IMG/VR virus record: IMGVR_UViG_3300028573_000011
Coordinates: 31,442-95,441 of that record
DNA from: a virus
Direction: 5' to 3' (one strand)
DNA length: 64,000 nucleotides
Position 1 is the first letter of the stretch. Each line of letters opens with the position of its first letter. Both the position numbers and the translations under genes were made by a program. The notes below the pieces were generated by a model. It searched no databases. It was not told the DNA's origin and worked only from the letters and a program-made list of their open reading frames with translations. Of this stretch, positions 18,229 through 27,534 are shown piece after piece.

Positions 18229-19091
18229 GCCGCCGCTCCGAGTGCTTCGGCGATCTGCTCGACGCTGGCGTCCAGCGCGATCGCGCGGCCGACGATGGCC
18301 TTCGTGAGCTCGGCGGCGACGTAGTCGCCGGACTCGGAGCTGTCCGCAGCGACCTGGACGCGGGCGCGGTCAACGGCGGCGAGGTTGTACCAGCGGGCGT
18401 GGAGCGACGTGGTGCGGGCGTCGGCCCGCTCTCCCGCGGCGTCCGGGTTGCTTACGTGGCGGACCCAGGCAGCGCGGCCGGCGTCGACCGGACCGAGCGT
18501 CTGGCGGGTTCGCGCTTCGAGCTCCATCAGCGGGCGGTCGTCGCGAATCGGGGCCATCTCCCGCGTCTGCTCCACGTCGGCGACCGGGACGTCGGGCCAC
18601 TCGTCGTTGCTGCGCGTGTCGTGCTTCGCGGCCCACCACAACGTGGGGTCGAGGGCGATCCAGCGCGCTCCGTCGAAGGCGTTCGGCTGGGTAGGCGGCG
18701 CGGGCGGAACCGAAGCGTTCTGCGTTCCGCTGGTGCCCGGCTTGGCCAGGAGCAGCGTCGTCGCCGAGGCGCCGTCGACCGTCGCTGGCCAGGTCGCCGA
18801 GTCGTAGGGGTTCACGCCCCAGCCGGCACCCTCGAAGACCAAGCTGACGGTCGTCGACGGCGGCAGAGACGCGATGCCGACCTCGGCGGGAACGGGCTCC
18901 ATGTCGATCAGCGTGGGCGCCGAGTCGTTGACGCGCTGGGCCATCTGCGGACGACTGACCCGCGACATGGGTCGAGCGGGACGGGTGTCGGTCTCGCGGG
19001 CGAACGGTGCCCGGATCCGGCGAAGTCCGGTCGGTTCGGTGGCGCTGCGCCCGTTTCGGGCGCTACGGTTCATCATGCCGGTCACCTCCAA
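18225..19091 (-). CDS. hypothetical phage protein
   Basis: Long ORF in the early operon; start uncertain. Confidence 0.55.
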   Translation of the reverse strand: MEVTGMMNRSARNGRSATEPTGLRRIRAPFARETDTRPARPMSRVSRPQMAQRVNDSAPTLIDMEPVPAEVGIASLPPSTTVSLVFEGAGWGVNPYDSATWPATVDGASATTLLLAKPGTSGTQNASVPPAPPTQPNAFDGARWIALDPTLWWAAKHDTRSNDEWPDVPVADVEQTREMAPIRDDRPLMELEARTRQTLGPVDAGRAAWVRHVSNPDAAGERADARTTSLHARWYNLAAVDRARVQVAADSSESGDYVAAELTKAIVGRAIALDASVEQIAEALGAAA

Positions 19092-19147
19092 GTGCTGATG
19101 TCGGGAAATAGGTGGCTGTGCGTGGCGGCTGTTCCGGGCTGGGCTGG

Positions 19148-19456
19148 CTACGGAACGGCCGCCTTCGTCTTGCGGCGGGCTTCGCGTTGGACTGCCTTGT
19201 CGTAGGACTTGGCCGGGGTCTCCCGCCGCGGCACAAGGGGCTCCCGGGCCTCGACGCGGTTCTCGCGGCGCAGCTTTTCGCGGTAGGCGCGCGCCTCGGC
19301 CCGGAGGAAACGCGGGTCGCGTCCGTTTCCGGCCCAGTAGAAGGGCACCCGGCCCTCGGTCACGAGCAGCTCCACGTGGCTGACCGGCTTCCCGAGGAAC
19401 TCGGCGAACTGCTCCTTGGTCAGGTCGGGAAGGTCGTCATCGCTGGTGTGGCTCAT
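19148..19456 (-). CDS. xis: excisionase/HTH_17-like DNA-binding protein
   Basis: LTKEQFAEFLG...LVTEGRVP...PRF...EARAY; second gene of the early operon. Confidence 0.6.
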   Translation of the reverse strand: MSHTSDDDLPDLTKEQFAEFLGKPVSHVELLVTEGRVPFYWAGNGRDPRFLRAEARAYREKLRRENRVEAREPLVPRRETPAKSYDKAVQREARRKTKAAVP

Positions 19457-19737
19457 CGCGGCGCTCCCACGCGCTCGCGCCGGCGCGGCTCGTCAGTCAC
19501 CAGCCGGAACAACCGCTCGTAGGCGGTGCCCGGCTTGACCCCGGTGCCGGTGGCGACGTGCATCAGGCCGGAGACCACCTCGATGCCGCAGGCGTCGTGA
19601 ATGCCGCGGCTCACGGACGAGGCATCGACGCCGGCCGCGTGGGCGATCTGCTCGTTGGTGTCCAACTTGGCCCTGCGGCCGAGCCATCTCAGGCCCGCAG
19701 GGTCGATCCGGTGGTGCGCGGGCGCCTTGGATCGCAT
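19453..19737 (-). CDS. Cro-like HTH protein
   Basis: TNEQIAHAAGVDASSVSRG HTH; divergent from the repressor. Confidence 0.65.
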   Translation of the reverse strand: MRSKAPAHHRIDPAGLRWLGRRAKLDTNEQIAHAAGVDASSVSRGIHDACGIEVVSGLMHVATGTGVKPGTAYERLFRLVTDEPRRRERVGAPR

Positions 19738-19764
19738 GACGGTTTGCTCCACAGTTGTGTTGTA

Positions 19765-19975
19765 TGGATGCAATCTCGCATCGCATTGCGTGGATGCAAT
19801 CTACGCCGCGTATCCATGCAATGCAACTGGAGCTGGTATTGATACGTGTTCGCAGGTGGCGTGCGTGCGCCCGTTGGCGTGATTTCGCTCTCGCGGTCGG
19901 ATGCGCGCGCGGCTAGCCTGACCGCTGGGCGGGTGCGGCGCGGATTTGCGCCCGGGTACCGGGCTCAGATTGCAT
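19765..19975. promoter_or_regulatory. immunity-region operator repeats
   Basis: TGGATGCAATCT at 19765 and 19791; inverted repeat 19783-19797/19810-19824 (13/15); AGATTGCAT at 19967. Confidence 0.65.
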
Positions 19976-20009
19976 GTATGCGATGCACGCACGGCGCGAG
20001 AGGTCACGT

Positions 20010-20459
20010 ATGCCCAGGTTGGACAGCGCGGAACGCAAGAAGGTGTGGCAGGCGTACGTGAAGAGCCGCCTCGACGATTCGGGCCTCAAGCAGTTTGAGC
20101 TCGAAGCCCTCACGGACGGCGTTGTCACCACCACGATGGTCTCGAACTGGGTGACCGGCCGGTCCGGCGTGGAGGCGGAGGCTGCGGCGCTCTTCGCGCT
20201 GGCGACGAACTCCCCCGTGGGGGAAGCGCTCGAGGCTGCCGGCTACGGCAAGTTCGCCGAGATCGTCGCGTCCCAGATGGCACCACAGGCGGATCCGCGA
20301 ATCACCCGGCTGCTGGACGACCCGCTCTTGACGGAGGAGGACCGGTCGGACTTCCGGGAGCTGCTTCAGCGTCGGCAGAACCGCCTTGCCGTCGAACTCG
20401 TCGCGATCCTTGTCGAGATGGTGAAGACGCGCCAGTCGGAGTCGAGCAGGCAGGAATAG
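20010..20459 (+). CDS. CI-like repressor (XRE HTH)
   Basis: GLKQFELEALTDGVVTTTMVSNWVTGRS HTH; divergent from cro, upstream of attP/int. Confidence 0.7.
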   Translation: MPRLDSAERKKVWQAYVKSRLDDSGLKQFELEALTDGVVTTTMVSNWVTGRSGVEAEAAALFALATNSPVGEALEAAGYGKFAEIVASQMAPQADPRITRLLDDPLLTEEDRSDFRELLQRRQNRLAVELVAILVEMVKTRQSESSRQE

Positions 20460-20482
20460 ACCCTTGCACAGCCATGATCAAC

Positions 20483-20683
20483 GGTGCACTTTTCTGGTGC
20501 ACGGCCCGGGAGAACTTGGGCGAAGTTCGGGGAACATGGACGATGATCGGCGTCTCAGCGCCCTGATCAGCAGAAGTTAAGGGGGTTCAAGTCCCCCCTC
20601 GGACACTTTGCTGAGCTCCTGAACTGCATGTTTGCAGTCAGGGGCTTTACACTTTCGGAATCTGGTGCACCGTCTGGTGCACC
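20483..20683 (+). other. attP: core equal to tRNA-Leu 3' end (20581-20606), flanked by arm-type repeats
   Basis: GGGGGTTCAAGTCCCCCCTCGGACAC is a T-arm plus acceptor strand; (TCT)GGTGCAC repeats at 20483, 20493, 20661, 20673. Confidence 0.85.
20613..20648 (+). terminator. hairpin that would terminate the reconstituted tRNA
   Basis: AGCTCCTGA(A)CTGCA-TGTT-TGCAGTCAGGGGCT followed by TTACACTTT. Confidence 0.55.
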
Positions 20684-20744
20684 TCCGAGTGAGCGCCATA
20701 CGAAAGCCGGTCCACCGACGGTCCACTCGTCGTACGTTCCAAAT

Positions 20745-22154
20745 ATGGCGTGGATCGAGACTACCGAGCGCAAGGCCAAGCCGGGGCAGAAGAAGAAGCC
20801 CCTCTCCTACCATGTCCGCTGGCGCCAAGGCGGCGCCCGGGACGGCGGCAGCGAGGTCGAGACCTTCCGGGACGAGAAGGAGGCCGAACACTTCAAGGCC
20901 GCAGTCAACCTCGCCGGTGACCAGTACCCCCCCAACTTCATCCCGAAAATCGGCTGGGTCACGCCCGACGTGTACAAGGCGTTCCTCGTCGACGTCGAGG
21001 CCGCCGAGACGGAAGCCGAGCAGCCACCGCCGCCCGAGACGATCGGCGCGTTCGCCCGGAAGCTCGTACTGAGCATGACCAAGGTCGGGCGGGGCGGAAA
21101 GAAGAAGTACCTACGGATAATCGCTCTCCACATCAATCCCTGGTGGGGATCCCTCCCGATCAATGACGAGGCAACCCTCAACATGATCGGCATCGGCACG
21201 TGGATCAACGATCTGCTGGACGGCAAATCACCCCCCGTCGACCAGACGCCGCAAGATCCGCACCCGAAGCGCACGAAGCTCAAGCCGAAGACCGCCCGGA
21301 ACATCCACGGTCTCTTCTTCGCGATCATCCAGACCGCGCTGGAGATGAAGCTGCGGGCCGACAACCCGTGCCTGAAGACACAGCTGCCGAACGTCGATGA
21401 CGGCGAAGGCGACTGGGAGATGGTCTTCCTGTCCCCCGAGGAGTACGGCATGATCCGTCGCCACATGCGCGCCGACGCGGTGGATCTCACGGACCTACTT
21501 GTCGGCACCGGGGCTCGCTACTCAGAGGCCACGGGCTTCCGAAAGCGCGACCACGTCCATGACGAGACCGGCCGACCCTGGCTCAACGTGCGCAAGGCGT
21601 GGAAGAACGAGGCCGGCAACTGGGTCTTGAGCAAGCCCAAGACGCGGAAGTCCGTACGCGGGCTCGTTCTCACCGCAAGCCAGGACGAACTGGTTGCCAG
21701 ACTCACGGAGGGCAAGCAGCCCGACGACCTGGTCGTCACGAACCGGGGTGGCAACCGATGGATTCACCAGACCTACTACACACAGTGCTGGCGCCCGGCG
21801 GTCTATTGCGCGGTCCGCTGCGAACGGCACAGGAACGCCGACCTGGCCGCGGGTATCGGACGTCGCGGCTATCGGTACCTGCTTTCCGCGCACATCGTGC
21901 CCTGTGGATGTCCGGGCACGCTCACGAAGGTCCCGCGCATCCACGACCTACGGCACACTCACGTAGCGTGGCTGATCGCCAAGAAGGTCCCGGTGAAGGC
22001 GATCCAGGAGCGGCTCGGCCATCGATCGAGCCAGACTACGTTGGACCGCTACGGGCACCTGCTGGATGAGGTCGTCGACGACGTCCAGGCTGCAGTCGAC
22101 GTGATGATGGAGCGGGCAGCCGTGGACGTGGCCCAGCTGCCCGCCGCAGCCTAG
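20745..22154 (+). CDS. int: tyrosine integrase
   Basis: GTGARYSE (R), KPKT (K), HDLRHT (HxxR), LGH, RYGH (Y); likely leaderless start with TACGTT 6 nt before ATG. Confidence 0.95.
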   Translation: MAWIETTERKAKPGQKKKPLSYHVRWRQGGARDGGSEVETFRDEKEAEHFKAAVNLAGDQYPPNFIPKIGWVTPDVYKAFLVDVEAAETEAEQPPPPETIGAFARKLVLSMTKVGRGGKKKYLRIIALHINPWWGSLPINDEATLNMIGIGTWINDLLDGKSPPVDQTPQDPHPKRTKLKPKTARNIHGLFFAIIQTALEMKLRADNPCLKTQLPNVDDGEGDWEMVFLSPEEYGMIRRHMRADAVDLTDLLVGTGARYSEATGFRKRDHVHDETGRPWLNVRKAWKNEAGNWVLSKPKTRKSVRGLVLTASQDELVARLTEGKQPDDLVVTNRGGNRWIHQTYYTQCWRPAVYCAVRCERHRNADLAAGIGRRGYRYLLSAHIVPCGCPGTLTKVPRIHDLRHTHVAWLIAKKVPVKAIQERLGHRSSQTTLDRYGHLLDEVVDDVQAAVDVMMERAAVDVAQLPAAA

Positions 22155-22438
22155 TCGCTGGACTCGGTCAGCGCGCCACGGAGCTTCAGCAAGCGCTGGT
22201 CGGCACGGTCCTCGGCATCGGTCAGTGCCCACTTGACGTCCGTCACGTGGGCCCGGCCTAATCGTGCGACCGCATAGCCCACCGTCAGCGCCAGCGCGAG
22301 GGCGTCGGCCAGGTCTGCGACCTCGCCGCTCCTCGGCGTCGTCGGCAACCACAGCGTGATCACTGCCGATACCGCCCACGCCACCGCCACGGCCGGACCG
22401 CCGATCCTGCGGAAAATGCGAACAACAACTTCGGACAT
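22151..22438 (-). CDS. small two-TM membrane protein
   Basis: Two hydrophobic segments; convergent with int. Confidence 0.5.
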   Translation of the reverse strand: MSEVVVRIFRRIGGPAVAVAWAVSAVITLWLPTTPRSGEVADLADALALALTVGYAVARLGRAHVTDVKWALTDAEDRADQRLLKLRGALTESSD

Positions 22439-22683
22439 CGGGTTGTCTCCCCACAGCCTGAACTGCCTCTACTTGCCCCCAAGTGAACGACACGCTACGC
22501 AGCGCGTACCAGCGACGCGATCACCAACACAGAGACACTTTTCGAACTCGGGACGTTTCGGAATACCCTGACATACGGCGCCTTTCATCGATATTTGATT
22601 CTCCAACGACACAGGGCTCTGACGTGGCAGTGTGGTGCGACGCGCCAGGGGACGCGGTCGGATCCAGGGGAGGGCACGGCGGC

Positions 22684-23538
22684 ATGGCGGGCATGCAGTG
22701 GAGCGATACACGGATACGGGGTGCGGGCCACGTGGTAGAGGTGCTCGCGGTCTCATGGCGTGGCTCTTCCCTGGCCGCACTGAAAAACGGACCGTTGTCT
22801 CCCCCGGAGCTGCTTGCCGTCTTCAAGACAGTGCAGCCGTCGACCGTGCCGGTTTTCGGACCGCATGCGGTCTACATCGAATGTGTCAAGCGGCACCTGG
22901 CCGTGCTGGCCCGCGGCGGTCTACTCGACGTCGGGCCGCTGAACGGCGGTCGCCGGCAGTACCTGCTCACGCCGTTTGCCCGCGCGATGCTCGATGCCGC
23001 AGAGCAGACTGCGGACTATGGCGTGCGGGTTTACGACTGGTTGGTCGACGTCGGCCGCCAGTCCCGCAAGATCAGCACATCCCTGTCCGCGCGGGACTTC
23101 GAGCCCGCGGTCCTGGGCATGTCCGAGTCGGAGCGCTTCCGTTGGCGCGCGGTCTTGTTGATCTTCGCGCGGTTGCTTGGCCATCGCTGGTCGTTCACAG
23201 TTCTGGCAATGCTGGCCGACGGCCCAGCACGGTTTTCCTCGCTGCTGGAGCGCGCAGGCAGCCTTCTGCCAGCCGCTCCAACATCCGCCTCGACGACCGT
23301 ACGCCTCGGCCGGTCCACCCTGACCAACCGACTGGAGTACCTACGCAGTGTCGGACTGGTCGAGAAGGTCGACGACTCGGCTCATCGCAACCCGGCGCGG
23401 CCCCCGGGCTCCAGGGAGGTGGCCTATGTCCTCACGGACGGTGGCCGAGATCTTCTGGAGAACTTGGAAGGCATCGCTGAATTCGGCGTCCTGCACGATG
23501 CGGCACTCGTCAAGGCGGTTCGAGCCCTAACCCCGTAG
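22684..23538 (+). CDS. tandem HxlR-type winged-HTH regulator
   Basis: Two HxlR-like units: VLAVSWRGSSLAALKNGP...QYLLTPFA and LLGHRWSFTVLAMLADGP.RF...VAYVLTDGGR. Confidence 0.7.
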   Translation: MAGMQWSDTRIRGAGHVVEVLAVSWRGSSLAALKNGPLSPPELLAVFKTVQPSTVPVFGPHAVYIECVKRHLAVLARGGLLDVGPLNGGRRQYLLTPFARAMLDAAEQTADYGVRVYDWLVDVGRQSRKISTSLSARDFEPAVLGMSESERFRWRAVLLIFARLLGHRWSFTVLAMLADGPARFSSLLERAGSLLPAAPTSASTTVRLGRSTLTNRLEYLRSVGLVEKVDDSAHRNPARPPGSREVAYVLTDGGRDLLENLEGIAEFGVLHDAALVKAVRALTP

Positions 23539-23612
23539 CGCTGACGGCACGCGCTCTTCCCCCTACGATGAGTGCTGACGTACAACCGTAGGCGGCTCGC
23601 TTAGGGGGAACC

Positions 23613-24830
23613 ATGCAGGACGCTGCGGATCTCAATGCGCTTCAGCTGCCCTTCCCGCCAGGGCCCGATGGCGGCCCTCCCCCCCTGTACGCCGAGCTCC
23701 GGCAGCGGTGCCCGGTGACCCACGTGACAACGCCGGCCGGGGACGACGTCGTGCTCCTGCTCACCGCGGACGATGCACGCTACCTCTACGAGGACCCCGA
23801 CCGGCTACTGTCCCGGAACCTGCGCAGGCCAGGCGCACCCCGGTACGTCGACGGCGCCGACCCCACGATGGTTCCGGGCACGATGATGAACGAGGACGAC
23901 CCCGAGCACCTCCGGCTACGCCGGGCGTGCGCCAGGTGGTTCACACCGCGAGCAGTGGCCGGCTACCGCGACATGCTCGTCGGCATCGCGGAGGACTTCG
24001 CGGATTCGCTGACGTCCTGCTCCAGCCCAGTGGACATCGTGCCGATACTGGCCGCTCCGCTCCCAGTCAGAGTGATCAGCAGGGTGATCGGTTTTCCCGA
24101 GGACGACGACGTCGTCCTGTCGGCCTTGTCCTCGACGATCCTGTCGACCAGCACCTCCGACGCCGAGCAACGCATCGCCGCTCGCGCTGAGTTCGTCAGC
24201 TACATCCGCGAGATCCTCGACTGGCAGCGGCGGGAGGGCCCGGCGGATACGCTGCTTGCTCACGTCACCGCAGAGAGCGACCGCGGCGCCGGCCTGACCG
24301 AGGCCGAGCTGATCCAGTCGCTGCTCACAGTGATCCTGGCCGGCCACGAAACCACCGCGCACGTAATCGCCCGCGGCGTCCTAAGATTCCTACGGACCGG
24401 CGTCTGGAGCCAACTGGCCGCCGATCCCTCGATCGTGCCGAGCGCCGTGGAGGAGCTACTCAGAATTGACGTGCCGGGCCACGGTGCGATCCTGCGCCTG
24501 ACAATGGAAGACGTCGAACTGCCATCCGGCGTGACGATACCTGCGGGGACCGGGCTCCTGGCCCCGACTGTGGTGCACAACCACGACCCGGACCGCTACC
24601 ACGATCCGGACCAGTTCGTGCTCGGCCGGGAGAGCCCCCACCTGACTTTCGGCGACGGCACCCATGTCTGTCTCGGCGAGTCCCTCGCGATCGCCGAGCT
24701 GGAGGCTGTCTTCACAATCCTCCCTCCGCGTTTCCCCGATCTCCGAGTTGCCGCTGCGCCTGACGCAGTGAGATGGAGCGATCCGACACTCAAGATCAAC
24801 GGTCCGACTCGGCTGCTGGTCGCTTGGTAG
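23613..24830 (+). CDS. cytochrome P450
   Basis: I-helix AGHETT, K-helix EELLR, heme motif FGDGTHVCLG; 405 aa, full length. Confidence 0.95.
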   Translation: MQDAADLNALQLPFPPGPDGGPPPLYAELRQRCPVTHVTTPAGDDVVLLLTADDARYLYEDPDRLLSRNLRRPGAPRYVDGADPTMVPGTMMNEDDPEHLRLRRACARWFTPRAVAGYRDMLVGIAEDFADSLTSCSSPVDIVPILAAPLPVRVISRVIGFPEDDDVVLSALSSTILSTSTSDAEQRIAARAEFVSYIREILDWQRREGPADTLLAHVTAESDRGAGLTEAELIQSLLTVILAGHETTAHVIARGVLRFLRTGVWSQLAADPSIVPSAVEELLRIDVPGHGAILRLTMEDVELPSGVTIPAGTGLLAPTVVHNHDPDRYHDPDQFVLGRESPHLTFGDGTHVCLGESLAIAELEAVFTILPPRFPDLRVAAAPDAVRWSDPTLKINGPTRLLVAW

Positions 24831-24880
24831 GACGCTGGTGCGAACAGGGCGTTGAGGCAACGAAACTCGCGTTTCTCACG

Positions 24881-25393
24881 CTAGGCAGCTCCCGAAACCG
24901 CGTCCAATCCGAGCCCCCAGGGGAACGGCTTGCTCTGGTTCCGGTCCTCGCCGAGGACGATGTCCACTCCGTCCCCACGGAGGTACGCCACCGAGCGATC
25001 AAACGCGGAATGAGCGGCCTGCCACGAATTCAGGTGGGGCAGCGCCGCCAGCGGTACTGACTTGCCGACGCCCTCTGTAATCAGGCCTAGGGCCAGAGTG
25101 TCGGCGATCCCCGCGGCCCACTTGTTGATCGTGTTGAAGGAGGCCGGAGCCACCAGGATCGCGCTCGCCGGCGGCAGGACGTCGGGCTCTCCGGGGCGCT
25201 TGTATCGGAACCGGACGGGGTGCCCCGTCAGCGCTGCTAGGGCTGGCAGTTGGTCCTCCAGCCACACCGCTGCTGTCGGTGTCAGAATCAAGCACACATC
25301 CCAGCCGCGGGCCTTCGCCCGCTCGACCAGATCAGCGATCTCAAGCACCGGCGGTGTAGCACAGCCAACGAGGTACAGAACAGGTTGAGTCAC
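24881..25393 (-). CDS. HFCD-family flavoprotein (CoaC/EpiD-like)
   Basis: VAPASFNTINKWAAGIADTL and PHLN motifs; GTG coupled to the XRE stop. Confidence 0.85.
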   Translation of the reverse strand: MTQPVLYLVGCATPPVLEIADLVERAKARGWDVCLILTPTAAVWLEDQLPALAALTGHPVRFRYKRPGEPDVLPPASAILVAPASFNTINKWAAGIADTLALGLITEGVGKSVPLAALPHLNSWQAAHSAFDRSVAYLRGDGVDIVLGEDRNQSKPFPWGLGLDAVSGAA

Positions 25394-26559
25394 AGGGCTA
25401 CTCCAGCGCGCAGCGCGAGTGCGCGCAAACCGCGTCCATCCGCTGGCGTCTGTTCGGTGATCAGATCGGCGATGACCGCCCGCGCCAGGTTCCATGACCG
25501 GACTGTCGCCGGGTCCTCCCGTTCGGCATCCAGCAGCAGTCGTAGGGCTGTGTCGGGTTTGCCGGCGCGCTGGGCCGAGCGGGCCGTGTCCACCAGGTGG
25601 TGGATACGACGCTCCCTGGGCAACGCGGCGTAGCCGCGGGGATCGATCTGCATGACAGCCTGGAGGGCCTGGTCGTAGAGACCGAGATCGCCAAGTATCG
25701 AAGCCTCGTAGACCGAGACGTTGGTGATGTTGAACGTGCTCAGGCGGTGGTTCGCATCGGGGGCGATCAGCGCAGCCAGAGCGCGGCCTTGCTCGATCAT
25801 CAGGGTCGCCAGCCCGGGATCGGGAAGGCTGCCCGCCGCGTAGGCCGCCTTCAGGTACACCATCCCGAGCGCAGACACCCCGTCGTCTCCCAGCCCGCGC
25901 AGATCGCCCCCGTACCGATCGATGACGTCCTGAGCCAGTCCGAGGCCGACGTCCGGGCGTCCCGATGCGGTGGCGGCGTAGACGGCGCTCTGGGTAGCGA
26001 GCGCAATCCCGATGGGGTCGCCCGCGGCTTCGGCCTTCAACACGCCCTCGTGGCCGGCTGCCCATCCGCCCACCGCGTCGCCGAGCGTGGTGAGCGTGAC
26101 AGCGGCCAGGTGGCAGACATCGGCGAGCTGCGCGAGCGCGCGCGGCTCCCCAGCGCCGCCCTCGCGGGCCCGGGCCGCGTTGATCAGGCGCGGCAGCAGG
26201 GCCACCGCGTCGTGCCAGCGTCCTGCGTGGAACGCGTGGTAGCCGTATGTGGTCTGTTGGAGGACGTCGAGTCCCGGGTCCTGTTGTGCGGCCGGGGTGA
26301 GCAGAGCGGCCCTGACCTCGTCTGCGGACGTGTCGTCACTACCGTCCGGGTCGTCGTCGACGAGGACGGCCAGTGGAACAGCGAGGGTGCGAGCCAGGCT
26401 TTTCAGCACGCTGAGACGCGGGTCGGTCTGGAGGCCGCCGCCCTCGAAGCTCTTGACCCACGGCAGGCTCATACCGAGCGCGGTCGCGAGCTGTTGCTGC
26501 GTCAGGCCGCGCTGAACCCGCAGTGCCTTGACACGTGGTCCGATACCGAGCTCTGCCAT
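25390..26559 (-). CDS. XRE-family HTH regulator with TPR-like helical C-terminus
   Basis: RVKALRVQRGLTQQQLATALGMSLPWVKSFEGG HTH; leaderless-like TACCGT 6 nt before ATG 26559. Confidence 0.88.
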   Translation of the reverse strand: MAELGIGPRVKALRVQRGLTQQQLATALGMSLPWVKSFEGGGLQTDPRLSVLKSLARTLAVPLAVLVDDDPDGSDDTSADEVRAALLTPAAQQDPGLDVLQQTTYGYHAFHAGRWHDAVALLPRLINAARAREGGAGEPRALAQLADVCHLAAVTLTTLGDAVGGWAAGHEGVLKAEAAGDPIGIALATQSAVYAATASGRPDVGLGLAQDVIDRYGGDLRGLGDDGVSALGMVYLKAAYAAGSLPDPGLATLMIEQGRALAALIAPDANHRLSTFNITNVSVYEASILGDLGLYDQALQAVMQIDPRGYAALPRERRIHHLVDTARSAQRAGKPDTALRLLLDAEREDPATVRSWNLARAVIADLITEQTPADGRGLRALALRAGVAL

Positions 26560-26567
26560 ATCAAGAC

Positions 26568-26586
26568 GGTATAGGACTCGTATACC
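26568..26586. promoter_or_regulatory. palindromic operator upstream of the XRE gene
   Basis: GGTATA-N7-TATACC overlapping the putative -10. Confidence 0.5.
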
Positions 26587-26643
26587 CACGGTGAGCGTCT
26601 TTGCCGATACCGTCCAAACTACCAGGTCAGAGCGGAGGGCGCC

Positions 26644-26913
26644 GTGGTGGACGAGCTCGAACAATGGCGCGTTGAAGGACGCGTGGCCAGGGCTGTCAAG
26701 AACGTGCAGGAGTCCCTCACGCGGCTGCAAGCCGACGGGCAGGAACTCGCCACCGCCGTCAACGAGGCCCGCGCCCTCGGCATTTCGCCTCAGCACGCTG
26801 GGTCGAGTGCCCTGTCCTGGTGCTGGTTTGGGAATGGCTGCGCACAACGTATGGCCCCACCTCGACGAGGAGAGCATGATGCCCCCGCCCCTACGTCAAC
26901 TTGCACGCGATGA
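26644..26913 (+). CDS. hypothetical protein
   Basis: GGAGG RBS before GTG; divergent from XRE. Confidence 0.45.
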   Translation: MVDELEQWRVEGRVARAVKNVQESLTRLQADGQELATAVNEARALGISPQHAGSSALSWCWFGNGCAQRMAPPRRGEHDAPAPTSTCTR

Positions 26914-27076
26914 ATCCGGCCGCATCGGCGAGATCATGGGATCTCCCCAGCCCAACTCGCGTCTCGTCGCGCTGCGCCCTCCCGGCGGTGGCCTCGAATG
27001 GAATGTCCCTGAGGAGTCCATCACACGGGTTGATATCGACGGGAACCCGCTTCAGTCGCCCCAGGACGATGCATGA
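26876..27076 (+). CDS. small actinomycete conserved hypothetical (LRPPGGGxEW)
   Basis: RBS GAGGAG; motif VALRPPGGGLEWNV. Confidence 0.65.
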   Translation: MMPPPLRQLARDESGRIGEIMGSPQPNSRLVALRPPGGGLEWNVPEESITRVDIDGNPLQSPQDDA

Positions 27077-27372
27077 GCCAGCGACCGACGCCTGACGACG
27101 TCACCCTCTTCGGCGGTCGCCAAACGTGCCGTGCTGATCGCCTGGCCGTCGGCACATGTATCTCAGCTGGCTGGACCTGTGGGCCCATCGCCGAGCTGCG
27201 CCGCGGCGTACCCATCACTCACGAAGGCGAGGTCGTCCAACGTGTCAGTGCACGTATCAAGGACGATGACCAGTGGCATACCTGGTGGCCCGGTGACCGC
27301 GTCTACCTCGAGCCCCCGGCTCACCTGCTCCCGCTCCTGGCGCCGCCTGCCGCGCCCACGATGCCATCGTAG
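27073..27372 (+). CDS. hypothetical protein
   Basis: ATGA-coupled to the previous ORF. Confidence 0.5.
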   Translation: MSQRPTPDDVTLFGGRQTCRADRLAVGTCISAGWTCGPIAELRRGVPITHEGEVVQRVSARIKDDDQWHTWWPGDRVYLEPPAHLLPLLAPPAAPTMPS

Positions 27373-27480
27373 CCGGACGTAAGTCTGTGCCGCCGGGCTC
27401 GTCTTCGTCCAGCGAGTTTCCAACTACGACGACTACGGCTGGCCAACAAGCGCGTTGGGCGGCTTGGTGGCCGGGAACGC

Positions 27481-27521
27481 AAAGAAGCCGCCCGCCCTCC
27501 CCTTGACGGGGAGGGCGGGCG
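27481..27521 (-). terminator. intrinsic terminator of the late operon
   Basis: 14-bp stem CGCCCGCCCTCCCC/GGGGAGGGCGGGCG, followed by CTTCTTT on the minus strand. Confidence 0.85.
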
Positions 27522-27534
27522 ATGCAGTGGTTTG

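Noticed and set aside
19148-19456. BldC mimic as an additional developmental regulator
   Set aside because: Similarity is only at the generic Xis/MerR-like HTH level, and the position fits an excisionase.
20581-20606. Functional tRNA gene
   Set aside because: Only the T-arm and 3' acceptor strand are present; it is the att core.
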